From an uncultured archaeon (GTDB lineage Archaea > Thermoproteota > Nitrososphaeria_A > Caldarchaeales > Wolframiiraptoraceae), in NCBI GenBank assembly GCA_938083505.1, contig CALKCF010000002.1:143065-207064 (forward strand): a DNA stretch of 64,000 nt. Reading direction: 5' to 3'. The translations under genes were made by a program, and so were the position numbers. Below the pieces are notes generated by a model that saw only the letters and a list, made by a program, of their open reading frames with translations, did no database searches and was not told the DNA's origin. The number at the start of each line of letters is the position of its first letter. Positions within the stretch are counted from its first letter, which is position 1. This document shows positions 51,602-62,900 of the stretch, piece after piece.

Positions 51602-52474
51602 TCAAGAACGCTCATCGCTTTCCGGCTCTATGTGTATTACGATGTCGATATCGCTCAGTTTCTGCTTCAACTTTCTTTCCACTTCGTCGCATATTTTGTG
51701 GGCTTTCTCAATCGTCAGATCCTTTTCGACTTCTAGGTGCACGTCAGCGAAGATCTTTTTTCCAGCCTGCCTGATGCGGAGGTTGTGAATCCCTCTCACA
51801 CCAACCGTACCTACGAGCGTACTTTCAAGTTTCTTCCTTACCTCAGCCGGGGGACTTTCAGCGATGATGGAAGCTCTCAACTCTCGTAATGTCTGGATGA
51901 CGAAGAAAGCGATCAACGCTATTAGGGCGAATGCTACCGCGACATCGTACATTGCCGATAGGTAAACCCCTAGCAAGACACCAGAAAGCGTCAACAAGCC
52001 CTCTACCATATCGAGACTTACATGTCGCGCCTCGACTCTAGTTATTGTGCTCTCCCGTCCAAAGGTCCTGAGAAGGGTAACCATGCTCACGTTAAGTACT
52101 AAAGAGGCGATTGCGAAGGGTATGCCTACTGGGTCGACGCGCTCTACGAAGCCGCGTGCAAGCCTATCGATCGCTATGAAGGTGACAAATGATAGTGTGA
52201 AAGTCATCAGTATGAGTATCAGCAAGGAGCCGTAGACCTCGAGAAGCGAATGTCCATAATGGTGCTTAGAATCTGGTGGCTTCTCCGCTTTAGACTTAAA
52301 CATGTATGCTATGCTACCGCTCGCGACGTTAAGCAAAGAGTCGCTGCCGTCGGCAAGCAATGCTGTGCTTCCGGATAGTACACCACCGGCGATCTTTAAC
52401 CCGCAAAGAGCGGCATTGCTGAAGATCGACAGCAGCATGAGCTTAAGAATAGTGCTTAGTTTCGTCATCTTCAC
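51602..52474 (-). CDS. cation diffusion facilitator transporter
   Basis: S.ALLAD..DS, PPD..H.YGH, H...D, DVH.EV, IHIEP. Confidence 0.92.
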   Translation of the reverse strand: MKMTKLSTILKLMLLSIFSNAALCGLKIAGGVLSGSTALLADGSDSLLNVASGSIAYMFKSKAEKPPDSKHHYGHSLLEVYGSLLILILMTFTLSFVTFIAIDRLARGFVERVDPVGIPFAIASLVLNVSMVTLLRTFGRESTITRVEARHVSLDMVEGLLTLSGVLLGVYLSAMYDVAVAFALIALIAFFVIQTLRELRASIIAESPPAEVRKKLESTLVGTVGVRGIHNLRIRQAGKKIFADVHLEVEKDLTIEKAHKICDEVERKLKQKLSDIDIVIHIEPESDERS

Positions 52475-52689
52475 GTAGACGTCGTTAGGACGTATGAGGA
52501 CAATATAGGTCTTTCTTTATTATTCGTCTTTCACGTTTAGAAGTCTTGCCTATTTAATAACATCCTGTTAAGTTTTGTGGCTTTCGTGGTGAATAGTTCA
52601 TTCATGTTGTTAGGTCCTGCTGGCGGCTGTGGATGCTTGGCACGTCAACCAAAAAATTTTATACGGTAAAGGAGACAGTTTATGCGGCC

Positions 52690-54066
52690 ATGTCACTCAA
52701 AATTTTTAACGTATTTCTCGGCAGCCAAGCTAGAAAGGGCTGGCCTTGCCCGTATTACAACGTAGATGTCAGAGCTAAAGAATGGATTGTATGTTTGGAG
52801 GGGCTAAAGTCCAAACTTGGATTTGATGTAGAGTTCGTAGGTAACGAAGTAATATTCTCGATGTCTCAGGTGAACGATTTAGAAAGGAGCATAGACGAAG
52901 ATGTTGATGCGATCTTCACTTACATACTAACCTCAGAAAGTACCCGTTTCACTTATTTAGCCTCTCGAAAAATAGCCGATTTTGGTTACGACTACATACA
53001 TGAATATGGCGGATATGAGGTACCCACAATTTTCGTGATAGACCTGTATGGCGGTGACATTTCAGGGCTTCCTTTAGTAAAGTATTTGAGGGAGAAAAAT
53101 AGAAAATCTTTGATCATCTCCTCAAGTAGCCTTAACGAAGTTGCGAAAGCGCTTCGTTATGTTTATGTAATTAAAATGCTGAGGAAATCTAAAGCAGTAG
53201 TCATTACGCGAAGGGAGGCCAACCCGGCTAAATACGTCAGTCCACATTATTTAAGTAGAATACAGGAGAAGTTAGGAGTAGTTATCAATTACGTAGATTA
53301 TGAAGACGTTAAGAATCTTTACGATAAGGCCGATGAGGTACATGCCAAACAAATTGCGGAGGAAATAATTAAAAACGCTAAGGAGGTCAGGGAGCCCCCG
53401 AAAGAGGATATAATCAAGGCTGCTAAGATTTACCTAGCGCTAAGAGAATTAATCGAAAGAGAAGGGGCAAACGCTATTGCCATCGACTGTTTAGGCTGGC
53501 TCGAATATGGTAAGATTTTAATGCCCACGACTCCGTGTCTGGCACTATCACTTCTCAACAGCGAGGGAGTGGTGTCCGCTTGTGAGGCCGACCTACATTC
53601 GATGCTAACCATGTTGATTTTCAGATACTTGGATGATAAGCCTTCATTCATTTCCGACCCAGTTGTCGACATGCATACGAACTCTGTGATCCACTGTCAT
53701 TGTACTGCACCTTTAGCGATGGACAAGGTTGGAGGAAAAAGAGAACAATATATCCTAAGGACGCACGCAGATAGCGGCACGGGCGTAGGGGTACAAGTAC
53801 TTATGGAGAAAGGGCGGAAAGTAACTGTTGCTAAATTTGTTAAAGGATTGGACAAGATGGTTGCGGCAAGAGGTGAAATCGTAGAAAACGTGGACATCGA
53901 TAGGGGGTGCAGAACGAAGGTGAAGGTCACCATAGTAGACGCGAACAAATACCTCTACGAATATAGCGGTGGGCTGCATAGAGTTTTAGCCTATGGAGAC
54001 CATATCGACGATTTGGTAAAGCTTGGCAAACTTTTAGGTTTTGATGTCGAATTAGAAGGAGAGTAA
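52690..54066 (+). CDS. L-fucose/L-arabinose isomerase-like protein
   Basis: AIDC, PCL..S.LN..G..SACEAD, HCT.P, CRT, H....YGD; start moved to ATG 52690. Confidence 0.75.
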   Translation: MSLKIFNVFLGSQARKGWPCPYYNVDVRAKEWIVCLEGLKSKLGFDVEFVGNEVIFSMSQVNDLERSIDEDVDAIFTYILTSESTRFTYLASRKIADFGYDYIHEYGGYEVPTIFVIDLYGGDISGLPLVKYLREKNRKSLIISSSSLNEVAKALRYVYVIKMLRKSKAVVITRREANPAKYVSPHYLSRIQEKLGVVINYVDYEDVKNLYDKADEVHAKQIAEEIIKNAKEVREPPKEDIIKAAKIYLALRELIEREGANAIAIDCLGWLEYGKILMPTTPCLALSLLNSEGVVSACEADLHSMLTMLIFRYLDDKPSFISDPVVDMHTNSVIHCHCTAPLAMDKVGGKREQYILRTHADSGTGVGVQVLMEKGRKVTVAKFVKGLDKMVAARGEIVENVDIDRGCRTKVKVTIVDANKYLYEYSGGLHRVLAYGDHIDDLVKLGKLLGFDVELEGE

Positions 54067-54129
54067 AGCGACGTTTCATGGCAAAAACCACGTCCATGCA
54101 AGATATATTCTATCAGGGTTCGTAATCGG

Positions 54130-55632
54130 TCATCTTGTTTGAGAGAACTTGTTTCCTACATACTTAATGCCAGCCGCAACCAACTCTTTCGTTTCTTTAT
54201 CTATCAAGAACAGCAGAGAGAAGTAAACACATCCGCCCATCAGAGCTTCGGCTATTGTATTGAGCGACCCAACGGCTGGGTACAAATAGAACATGATCAC
54301 CATCGGCAAACTGGCAACGATATTCTTGAGAAGGCTTCGTGTTGGGAAGTAGAACTTTAAGATTTTCTTCAACATGCTGTAAAGATATAAGAGCGTGAAT
54401 GTGTTGAGGATGAGTAACCCAATGCTCGCGTAAAACGGTATTGCAATGTAAACGTTCTCTGCCTTATACGATAAAAGAATTCGCGCTATGATTGTGAGCG
54501 AAGCTAGGTATGCAGACGATGTAATTATACCTATAGAAGGGACCAAGAAGAGCTTGCTCTTTAGGAGTTTGCGGAACGATAGCTGACCTTCTTTGTCCAC
54601 ACTCTCAAGACCCGATATTGCCCCGCTAAAGATGTTTATGATTGCCGAAGTCAGCGCGACAAAACTCCCGACCCTTACTATATCCGATGCCGCAGCGTAC
54701 TCGGCTTTTAGTATTGCCAGCAATGGTTTTGCCAGGACGAATGCGCCGATTACCATAGGGACGGTGAACGTCAAGACGAGCTTTAATGCTGTTTCCACAT
54801 CCTTACTTCCACCGCCAGAGAGAAGTTTAGGGTAAAGAGCGGATGCCAAGTACGTCGAGTAACCTATTATGCCGAGTATAACCTGCGCAGCCTTCCAGTA
54901 TGCGATCGGCTCCGTGGAACCGCTAAGAATCGTGACCAAAAATGCATCAAAGCCAGATAACGTGCTTGGTATCATGCCATAGGCCGGAAGCCAGCTCGAT
55001 TTTATCCATCGGGATACGACGCTCCAATCGAACGCTCCCTTTAGAAAATCTAACTGCATAATTGCTAGAAATGTTGCTTGGACTGCATAGGCCAGTATTA
55101 CGGAGATCAAAACACCATGGAAGCCCATCCTTAGCAGCAAAACGAAGAACACACCGAGCGCTATCTTCGATACCTCAAACACCATGAAGCCGTATTGCGG
55201 CAGATCTGGACGGTGCCCATAAGCCAAGGCTTCCAAAGCCTGGGATAAGTAAAGAAACGGTAAAGTTAGGCTTGCCAAGAAGAATACGCTGACGTCGGCC
55301 GTCAGCTCCCTCGAGCCCCAAACGGATATCGCTAAGAATGCAAGGAGCGCGGCAAATGAGAAGGATGCGGAGAGACATATATGTGTCTTTCCGACGCTAT
55401 AGCCCCTTGCCGTGAAGCGCGTTGACCAGTAGTTTATTAGGCCGTTAGGAAACAGCAGGTAGCTGCACAGAATCGATATGTACTGCCATAACCCGAAGTC
55501 TGATACGGAAAGGTTCCTAGTGACTAAGACTGTGAAGGCAAGACCGGTGAATACGCTACCGATACGCATTAGGAAGGCTACAAGACCCGTATAGCGCAGC
55601 CTTATGGCCCTGCTCAAGTACCTGTCGCCCAA
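54130..55632 (-). CDS. oligosaccharide flippase (Wzx/MOP superfamily)
   Basis: Many TM helices, VTR.L...FG.W, LYPKL. Confidence 0.8.
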   Translation of the reverse strand: MGDRYLSRAIRLRYTGLVAFLMRIGSVFTGLAFTVLVTRNLSVSDFGLWQYISILCSYLLFPNGLINYWSTRFTARGYSVGKTHICLSASFSFAALLAFLAISVWGSRELTADVSVFFLASLTLPFLYLSQALEALAYGHRPDLPQYGFMVFEVSKIALGVFFVLLLRMGFHGVLISVILAYAVQATFLAIMQLDFLKGAFDWSVVSRWIKSSWLPAYGMIPSTLSGFDAFLVTILSGSTEPIAYWKAAQVILGIIGYSTYLASALYPKLLSGGGSKDVETALKLVLTFTVPMVIGAFVLAKPLLAILKAEYAAASDIVRVGSFVALTSAIINIFSGAISGLESVDKEGQLSFRKLLKSKLFLVPSIGIITSSAYLASLTIIARILLSYKAENVYIAIPFYASIGLLILNTFTLLYLYSMLKKILKFYFPTRSLLKNIVASLPMVIMFYLYPAVGSLNTIAEALMGGCVYFSLLFLIDKETKELVAAGIKYVGNKFSQTR

Positions 55633-55700
55633 AATTTTTGAGGTTAATATCGTCGTGGGATAGGCCTATTAAAAAGCGTTATCAAACCTCTCTCGGTAAA

Positions 55701-55766
55701 AGTTCAGCATGCCGGAAAAATTTTCTGCGATGCTGAACTAATCGGCCGGTACGAGACCGTAGGCCG
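55701..55766. other. two adjacent stem-loops in the 3' region of the surface-protein gene
   Basis: AGTTCAGCAT...ATGCTGAACT (55701-55739) and CGGCC...GGCCG (55743-55766). Confidence 0.5.
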
Positions 55767-55774
55767 CTCGTCGG

Positions 55775-56785
55775 CTAATATCCATAATACCCACCGTACC
55801 AACCTTCGGCCGAGGCGGTCCTCCTTCTTAGGAATAGAGCCACGACAGTCATCCCCGCTATGACGGCGACCGAGATCATTATCAGCTGCCTTGCCATCTC
55901 TTTGTCCACCAAGTTTATCTGCACTCCCGGCTCCGGCTTTGTCACAGTTAGGTTGAAAACGCCGATGCTTACCGAATACCTTCCGCCACCACCGTGACCG
56001 TCCATGTTGGAGACCTTAAGGTAGAAGCTCTTGTTGCCAGCTATGTCTCCCTTAAGCGTTAGCGTAAAGCCCTTGCCCGGCGATGCGGAGCTGTTTCGAA
56101 CGACTGTGAAGCCGTCAGGAAGGTGAAGGGATGCCTCCAAGGACATGTCGGCATCGGGCAGCACAGTAACCCTGATCGCCTCCATCTTCCTCAAAATTGT
56201 GTCGAAGACATAGAAATCCGTAAAGTCATCACCAGCGCCCGACGCTGCGAGGTAGCCAGAAAACGAAATCTTAGAATCATAGGATGCCAAGCCTACGTAG
56301 ATCGCGCCCTCGATGCCCGAGCCAGCCTCCTTCTTTCCCGCATCCCTCTTATCCAAGAGCGTTGCTGAAACGTTATACTCGTAGCTTCCTCCGACCGCGC
56401 TCAACTTAAGGTAAAAGTCGCCTCCCTTCTCCGTCAACCATCTTAGGGATATAGCTCTAAGCTCATCGCCCCTTAGGACAAACTTCTCGTCGAGTACTTT
56501 TGCTTTCTTCTCCGTAAAGAGCGATACCATCACCATTCCTCCCTCTATGGCGTGCATGCTTATGTTTAGGAAAAGCTCGTGTCCATCGCTCGAACCAGAT
56601 AACCTATAATAGTGATCCTCCAACTGCGATAGAGTATTATCAAGCACCGCAGTCTTTCCAACTTCCAAGCGCACCTCGCCCGCACTCTCAAAAGAGCCTC
56701 CTGGTATAGGCTGGGAGCTGGCCGTCAATAACGACATCACGAAGAAGAGAATAACTAAAGGTAGAAGGACGCTCTTTCTCCACAT
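55775..56785 (-). CDS. secreted, C-terminally anchored surface protein (two PPC-like beta domains)
   Basis: Signal peptide; repeated D.Y motifs; C-terminal TM followed by RRR. Confidence 0.75.
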   Translation of the reverse strand: MWRKSVLLPLVILFFVMSLLTASSQPIPGGSFESAGEVRLEVGKTAVLDNTLSQLEDHYYRLSGSSDGHELFLNISMHAIEGGMVMVSLFTEKKAKVLDEKFVLRGDELRAISLRWLTEKGGDFYLKLSAVGGSYEYNVSATLLDKRDAGKKEAGSGIEGAIYVGLASYDSKISFSGYLAASGAGDDFTDFYVFDTILRKMEAIRVTVLPDADMSLEASLHLPDGFTVVRNSSASPGKGFTLTLKGDIAGNKSFYLKVSNMDGHGGGGRYSVSIGVFNLTVTKPEPGVQINLVDKEMARQLIMISVAVIAGMTVVALFLRRRTASAEGWYGGYYGY

Positions 56786-56924
56786 CTTATTGCGTCATAA
56801 TTCTTTAATATTGGTCATAGAAATACGTTTCCTAATGAGTTTGAGATGCAGAAGTCTAGACGTTATACCCTGATAGGGTTTACACAAAAAGCTCGCAGAA
56901 ATAACACTGGTGCACGAACTTTAC

Positions 56925-56968
56925 AATAAAAAAGGAGAAAGTTGTAGGAGTACCGTGTAGGCTCCTAC
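56925..56968 (-). terminator. hairpin + U-tract after the S-layer gene
   Basis: GTAGGAG/CTCCTAC stem followed on the minus strand by TTTCTCCTTTTTT. Confidence 0.55.
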
Positions 56969-59900
56969 TTCTTTGGCGGCGGGGGCGGGAATATTCCCAC
57001 CCTTCTACCGCGCCAGCGCACGTACTCGAACAGTATGACGACGACCACTATTACAAGTAGTATTATGCCGATTATCAGTGCTAGGAACGTGGCGAACGTT
57101 AGAGGCATGCCAGCTATCTCTACGTATGGCGGCAGTGTTATCTCAGCCCTCTTGCCAGCCATCAGATCTGCCTTCGATACCTTTGCTGTGCCCGTGTATC
57201 CCTTGTAGGTTGCCTCAACCTCGTAGTCTGCGGCCACCAGCTTTGGTATCGTCACCGAACCTCCCTCGTCCGTCGTGAAGTGTCCTACCACTACACCTGC
57301 CTTCTTCAAAGTTACTGTCGCGAACGGCAGGCCTTGGCCTGCGGCACCCTTTACCAACACGCTAAGGTCGAACAACTCGCCTATGACAGTTAGCGACGTC
57401 ATAGCTGTCGATAATTTCACGGTATCCTTGTAGACCTCCTCGCCCTCGCGTAATACGGTTAGCTGGTAGGTTATGCCCTCGCCCTCACGCTCGAGCGGCA
57501 CACCCTCGAAGACCGCCTTTCCTGCTGCATCCGTCTTAGCCTTTACTTTTCCTAGCACTACTTCAGCTCCTGATACCGGCCTTCCCTTACCGTCCACGAC
57601 GTTGATCGTGACGACACCTACTGGCAGCACTATCTCCCTCTTAGCGTTGATTCCGTCAACTGTGTCGATTATTGAGACCTTTGCTTCTGTGCCGAAGCTG
57701 GGCGAAACCCAAGATATGCTTAGGCTGTACCTTATGTTCGTCGGTATCGGTAGCTTCGTCACGAAGACAGCGCCTACTGCCTTCAAAGTCTTAGCATCCT
57801 CCTCGCTCGCAAGCTTGTACTTTGCTAGTATCTCCGGTGGTACCATCAGCACCTTCTCAATGCCCTCGAACTTCGCCTCAGCGTCTGTTAGTATTCTTCC
57901 GGTCATGTCCTTAACGGCGACGCTTATTTCGCCTACTGCAACTCTAAGCTCACCAGCGACCGTACCGACGTTGGCCGCGCTAAGGTCGAAGCTCTTCCTT
58001 CCAACGACGACGCCAAGCCACTCCGCTACCTCATCGTAGGTACCCCTGTTCAGCCTCTTGACCTCTATGATCTCCTTTGCCTTAAACTCAACAGTTCCTC
58101 CAGGCTTGTCCGGGAACTCCCTGTAGAACTTTGCGTCTACCTCTATTGGCTTTGCCTCTTCGTAGTAGTGCCTTACCCTGATGTCGAAGATCTTAGCTGT
58201 TATGTCCCAGTGGGCGCCTGGCCTTATCCTCCATACTCCATGGTACTGGTGAGCTAGCGTCGTTACCTTAACCCTCTTAGCAAGCTCTCCGAATATTCCA
58301 GGTCCTGGCTGAGTCTCGTCAGCGTCGCTGTAGTAGCTTACCGGCCACTTTCCGAACGCGTTGAACGGCCATGCTGGGTGTCCTTCAGCATCCCTGCCGA
58401 GGTAGTGGACCCTCAGCAACAGGGTCCACTCAGGCTTCCTCAGGTAGACGGGCTCGGTAACGCCGTCCTTTCCTGCGTAGGACCAGCCTGCGGTCTTGCC
58501 CGTTACCGAGTCTACCATCCAGAAGAATGCGCCAGGCAATGGTCTGCCGTTGAAGTCCGTTATCTTAGCGGTTACCGGCATGTACTGGAATACGGGCGTG
58601 TATGGCACGTGCTGCGAGGTCTCCGGGTCGTTAGGCCACACGTTTATCCTTGCGTACCATGCACCGCCTATCCTTGCCCATCCGCTGCTACCTCCGAGGC
58701 CTATTCCGAAGTACGAAGGCAGCCATAGGCCTGCACCCCACTCATTCCTGACAGTCATATATACTGGGAGGCCATACAGGTTGTATATTGTGCTGTATCC
58801 TAAATTGAATGGCTCGCTGACCCATAGCGAAGGCTCAGGTAACCATGAGAAGTATCCTTCTGGCGTTAGGTCTATGCCGACCATAGCAGCCGGGTCCTGC
58901 GCTCCCTCGAAGACTTCAAGGTTGTGCGCCTCAGCTCCAGGCTTCACGACTTTGTTCAGCCAGTACGGGTCCTTCTCGTTCAGCATGTAGGCAGGCGGGC
59001 TTACGACCAACCATGAGGCTTCCTTCGTCATTCCAGCCTTTATCCTGCTCGCGTTCCATATGACCGTCTCCGGCGTGCTACCGCTCCTAATCCATGCGGT
59101 TCCAGTCTCGTCGGTTACTCCACTGAATGTAACCCTCCATGTCCTCCACAAAGCCTCCCTCTCCGCATCCGTCAAGTACTCTGCTGGCGGCACGAACGTC
59201 AGCTTAACGTTCCAGCCTACCAGCGGGCCTGTCACGTAGGTAGCCGTTGCGTTCTCTCCCTGCTGCCATACTACCCTGACTGCTATGTCCGTAGCGTTCA
59301 GCTTAAGAGCGACATGCTTCACGGTCCTGGTTGCTTCGATTACTTCAACAGTCTTGGCAGGCTCTAGGTAGTCGATGAGCTTTATCACATCCTCAACATC
59401 TGGTGTGTACCTGCCGACCTTTCCATAGTTAGTATCCACAGCGTAGCCGCTTATTACGTCGCCGCTATCCCTCGTCCACCTGTAGGTCGTGTGGTCGAAC
59501 GGAGCAGCACCTATTATAACCCAGACGGCTGAGTTGACCGGTGACTCGTCGGTGCCGCTTCCGAACATCAGCTGCTTGTAGCTCTTGCCATTATACTGCA
59601 CCGGACCTTTCTCGAGGCCTGTGTACCATGCGGCGACCCTCCACAGGTGGCTTACGTTCCACTCGACGTACTTGTTAAGGAAGTAGTCGAATACCCTGAA
59701 CTTCATGGCAGTGGGTACCAAATTGAGCTCAAGCTTTCCGTCGGTCCATGGTGCCTTACCCATGGCAGCATCGAGAGGCTTCAGAGTCCAGGTCTTCGCC
59801 GTGTCGTTGACCACGAGTATGCCTGGGTGCACGTACTCATCAGGCTTCGTCACGTTTATCCATGCCAAGTCTGCGTACAATCCCTTTACAACCCTATCGA

Positions 59901-62900
59901 AGTCCGTGCATATCGTGTGGTGCAGCACAACATCGGACACAGCTACTCTGTCAACCTTCCATCCCATCTTCGTCAGGTTGAAGTATGCCTCGTAGACGAC
60001 GCTGCTGTTCAGGTACCAATAGACCGTTATGTTGAACGTCTTGAGCAGGTATTCCCCTTCTTTCTTCAAAGTGTAGTTCAAGAAGCCAGCCGTAGGTGCC
60101 GTTATCTCGGCCTTGCCCTCGGCATCCACCTTTCCTGCCCACTGTGCCTTCTCTCCCTTAAGACTGTATACTGAGAATCTTTCATCATCTATGTGCGCAG
60201 TTATGTTGACGAATGCATACTTCAGCGGCCTGACGCCGCCCTGGTCCTTCAGCTCGAGCGTTATGATGCCGACTGGTAGCGGAACCTTCAGCAACTCCTT
60301 GTCGTATATGTACGGTATGTAGTACGTCGTCTCAACATCCTCAGTATCTCCTATGTCTATGTAAACCGTCACGGTAGATTTCCTTGTCTCCCAAGCATTC
60401 TTCAAGTTTATGTTCGGCGTCAGGTAGAACGTGTAGTTCCCGGCCACGAAGTCAGGCCATGGTGCTATGTTCGTCGGCCATATGCCGCCGGGTCTGTACC
60501 ATGTGAACATGTTGACGGTAACTCCCATGTCCGTCTTGAACGTCAAGTCAGCGGCGTAGTATCCGCTTCCTATGCCTTCCCTCACCCAAGGCGTGGAGCT
60601 GTTCCACCATATCTTGGATAGCGGCAGGTTGTCCCTGTCGACCTTCGACCTTAGCTTTATAGGAGCTGTGGCGTTCGTCTTGATTATGTCCATCATCATG
60701 TTAACGTCGTTGTATATCGCAAACTCTGCATCACCAAGCCACCTCTCGCCGTTTATCGCAACCACGTCAAAGCCCATCGCCCAGAGCGGCAGGTCTATCG
60801 ATATCCTCTGGCAGAACGTCAGCTCCTTGAAGCTCAGCGCTGTGAGTATATCAGGATAGTAGACGTCTGGCTTGAGCGCCTTAGGCAGTACCCTTAGGAC
60901 TGTCCTGTTGTGTGCTTCATTTTCAGAAGTAGTGGGGTTGTCCCACAGCGCGAAGCCGGGCGTACTCAGCTCGGCATTGAAATTGTATGGAACGTACTCA
61001 GCATCCCACTTCCATCCCCACGTCGTTGTCGTCACGTTTATGCATGGCATGTTGACCTCCTCGTCGAGGGCTGGCATCTGGTGGAATACCACCTTAGCCT
61101 CGCTCATGTAGTAGGTTATCCTGTACCTGAAGAATTGTGCGACTATCTTCGATGTGTTGTATGGCTGCTGGTCGAAGTCCAGCTCCCAAGGCCTTCCGTC
61201 GTTGCCGTCCATCGTCTCTACGAACTCGACCATCTTACCGGTCGTTATGTTAAGTCCCCACCAGCTCATCGTTATGTTAACGTTTGGTATCTTCTCGACC
61301 TTCTGGAAGTCCCATGTGTAGAATATAATGTCTGTTATCTTAGCCCTGACGATTATCGGCACGGCAGCGGCCTTTGTTACGTTTATCGCAACGCTGCCGT
61401 CTGGCCGGGCATCATCCGTCGTTCCGTCTGGGTACTTCACGGCATTCTTATCCAAGAATGTTACCAAGACACCCTTCCAGTATACAGCCTTGATTACCCA
61501 CGTCGGTGATGGCGCTCCTACCTGTACCGGTATCTTCGCAAAGTCTATCGTGCCATCGTCAGCAGTGTTTGTCCATACATCTCCGTAGGCTGTGTGTACG
61601 TACTTGACGGGTGTGTACGGTAGCCCTTCGTCGTGTGCGTCAGTTATCTTCACCAGCAGTTTGTAGACCGATGTCTTCAGCGTAAAGTTCTCGGTCCTTA
61701 CAAGCTTTCCTATGAGCGTCAGGTTCTCGTACACGAGCACGTTCTGGTAGTAAACCCTCACGCCGTAAGGTCCAATCTCTCCCGGCAGCTGATATATGAG
61801 CAGCGTTCCGTTAGTGCTTATCCATCCATAAAACACAATAGTTACCAACTTATCCTCAGGAACGTATATCGTATGCTCCGTCGGATAGCCAGCAAACTCT
61901 ACTGGAGGGCCGTTCGGCCTTAACAGCACAACCCTCGTGTGGGTTGGCTCCAGCGGCGAACCAAGCTGGTCGACTATCTGCAGCATTAGGTCGAATACGT
62001 TGCATTCCAGCCATAGTACACCGTCAACAGCAAACACCCTATCAATAATAACAGTAAGACCATACTCCGACGCATCCTTGACATCTAGCCTTTTATCGTT
62101 TGGTGTCTCTGATGGTTTAACCCAAGATACTGGCTTTAGCGCTACGTAGTATGGGTTGGCGATGTATGTCGAGTTTACGGTTACAAGAGAACCACCGTAT
62201 GCCTCAGCAGGACCTCCTCCCCACCTGACCTGGACGGATATGCCCTTGAAATCGCCCCACCTGTCCCTGTCGTCGTCAAGCGTTATGGTGTTGAGCTCCT
62301 TGATGTTCACTATCCTCTCGCACGGTCTCGCTAACGCCTCTGCCAAGTTTCTAGCATCCCTCGGGTCGTAGACCGTTGCGCTTACTATCGAGCCGTTCGG
62401 GAACCTCATGTAACCCATTTTCTTAAAATCGCTCAGCGCACCCACCATCGCTGGGCCTTCCACGCTCGCCGTAAGGCCCCACCACTCCTGCTTATGATAA
62501 CCTGTGAGGGCTATCTCGTTCATGTCAAAGTACACCTGGGGGCTCGTCTGGCCGGCCTTCTGTCTCGTCAGCTTTATAATAACCTGGGCCTTTACAAGCG
62601 CATCCTCAAATGTTGGATGCTGTACCCTGGGATCCATGTCTTTTGCGCCGAATACTGCGTAGAATACGGTGCAGTTCATGTCTATGGTAGTTCCGTTAAA
62701 CCCGTAGTTCAAAGCGAGGAAACCTGTCTGATTTACAAGTACCGTCTCCCACCAGACCCTAAGGGTTGTGTTCAGGTGCGGAGCAGTATTTAACCCAGTC
62801 CACAGCTGGGAGAACGGTAGCCTAACGCTCAGGTTATGGGTCTGGAGAGGTATCGGAACCCATGTGCTCAGCCCTTCCTCACCCAGCGTCACCGCAGCAC

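Noticed and set aside
48296-52474. Integrated element at tRNA-Ser
   Set aside because: No integrase and no duplicated tRNA 3' end found; only a small hairpin (48296-48312) follows the tRNA
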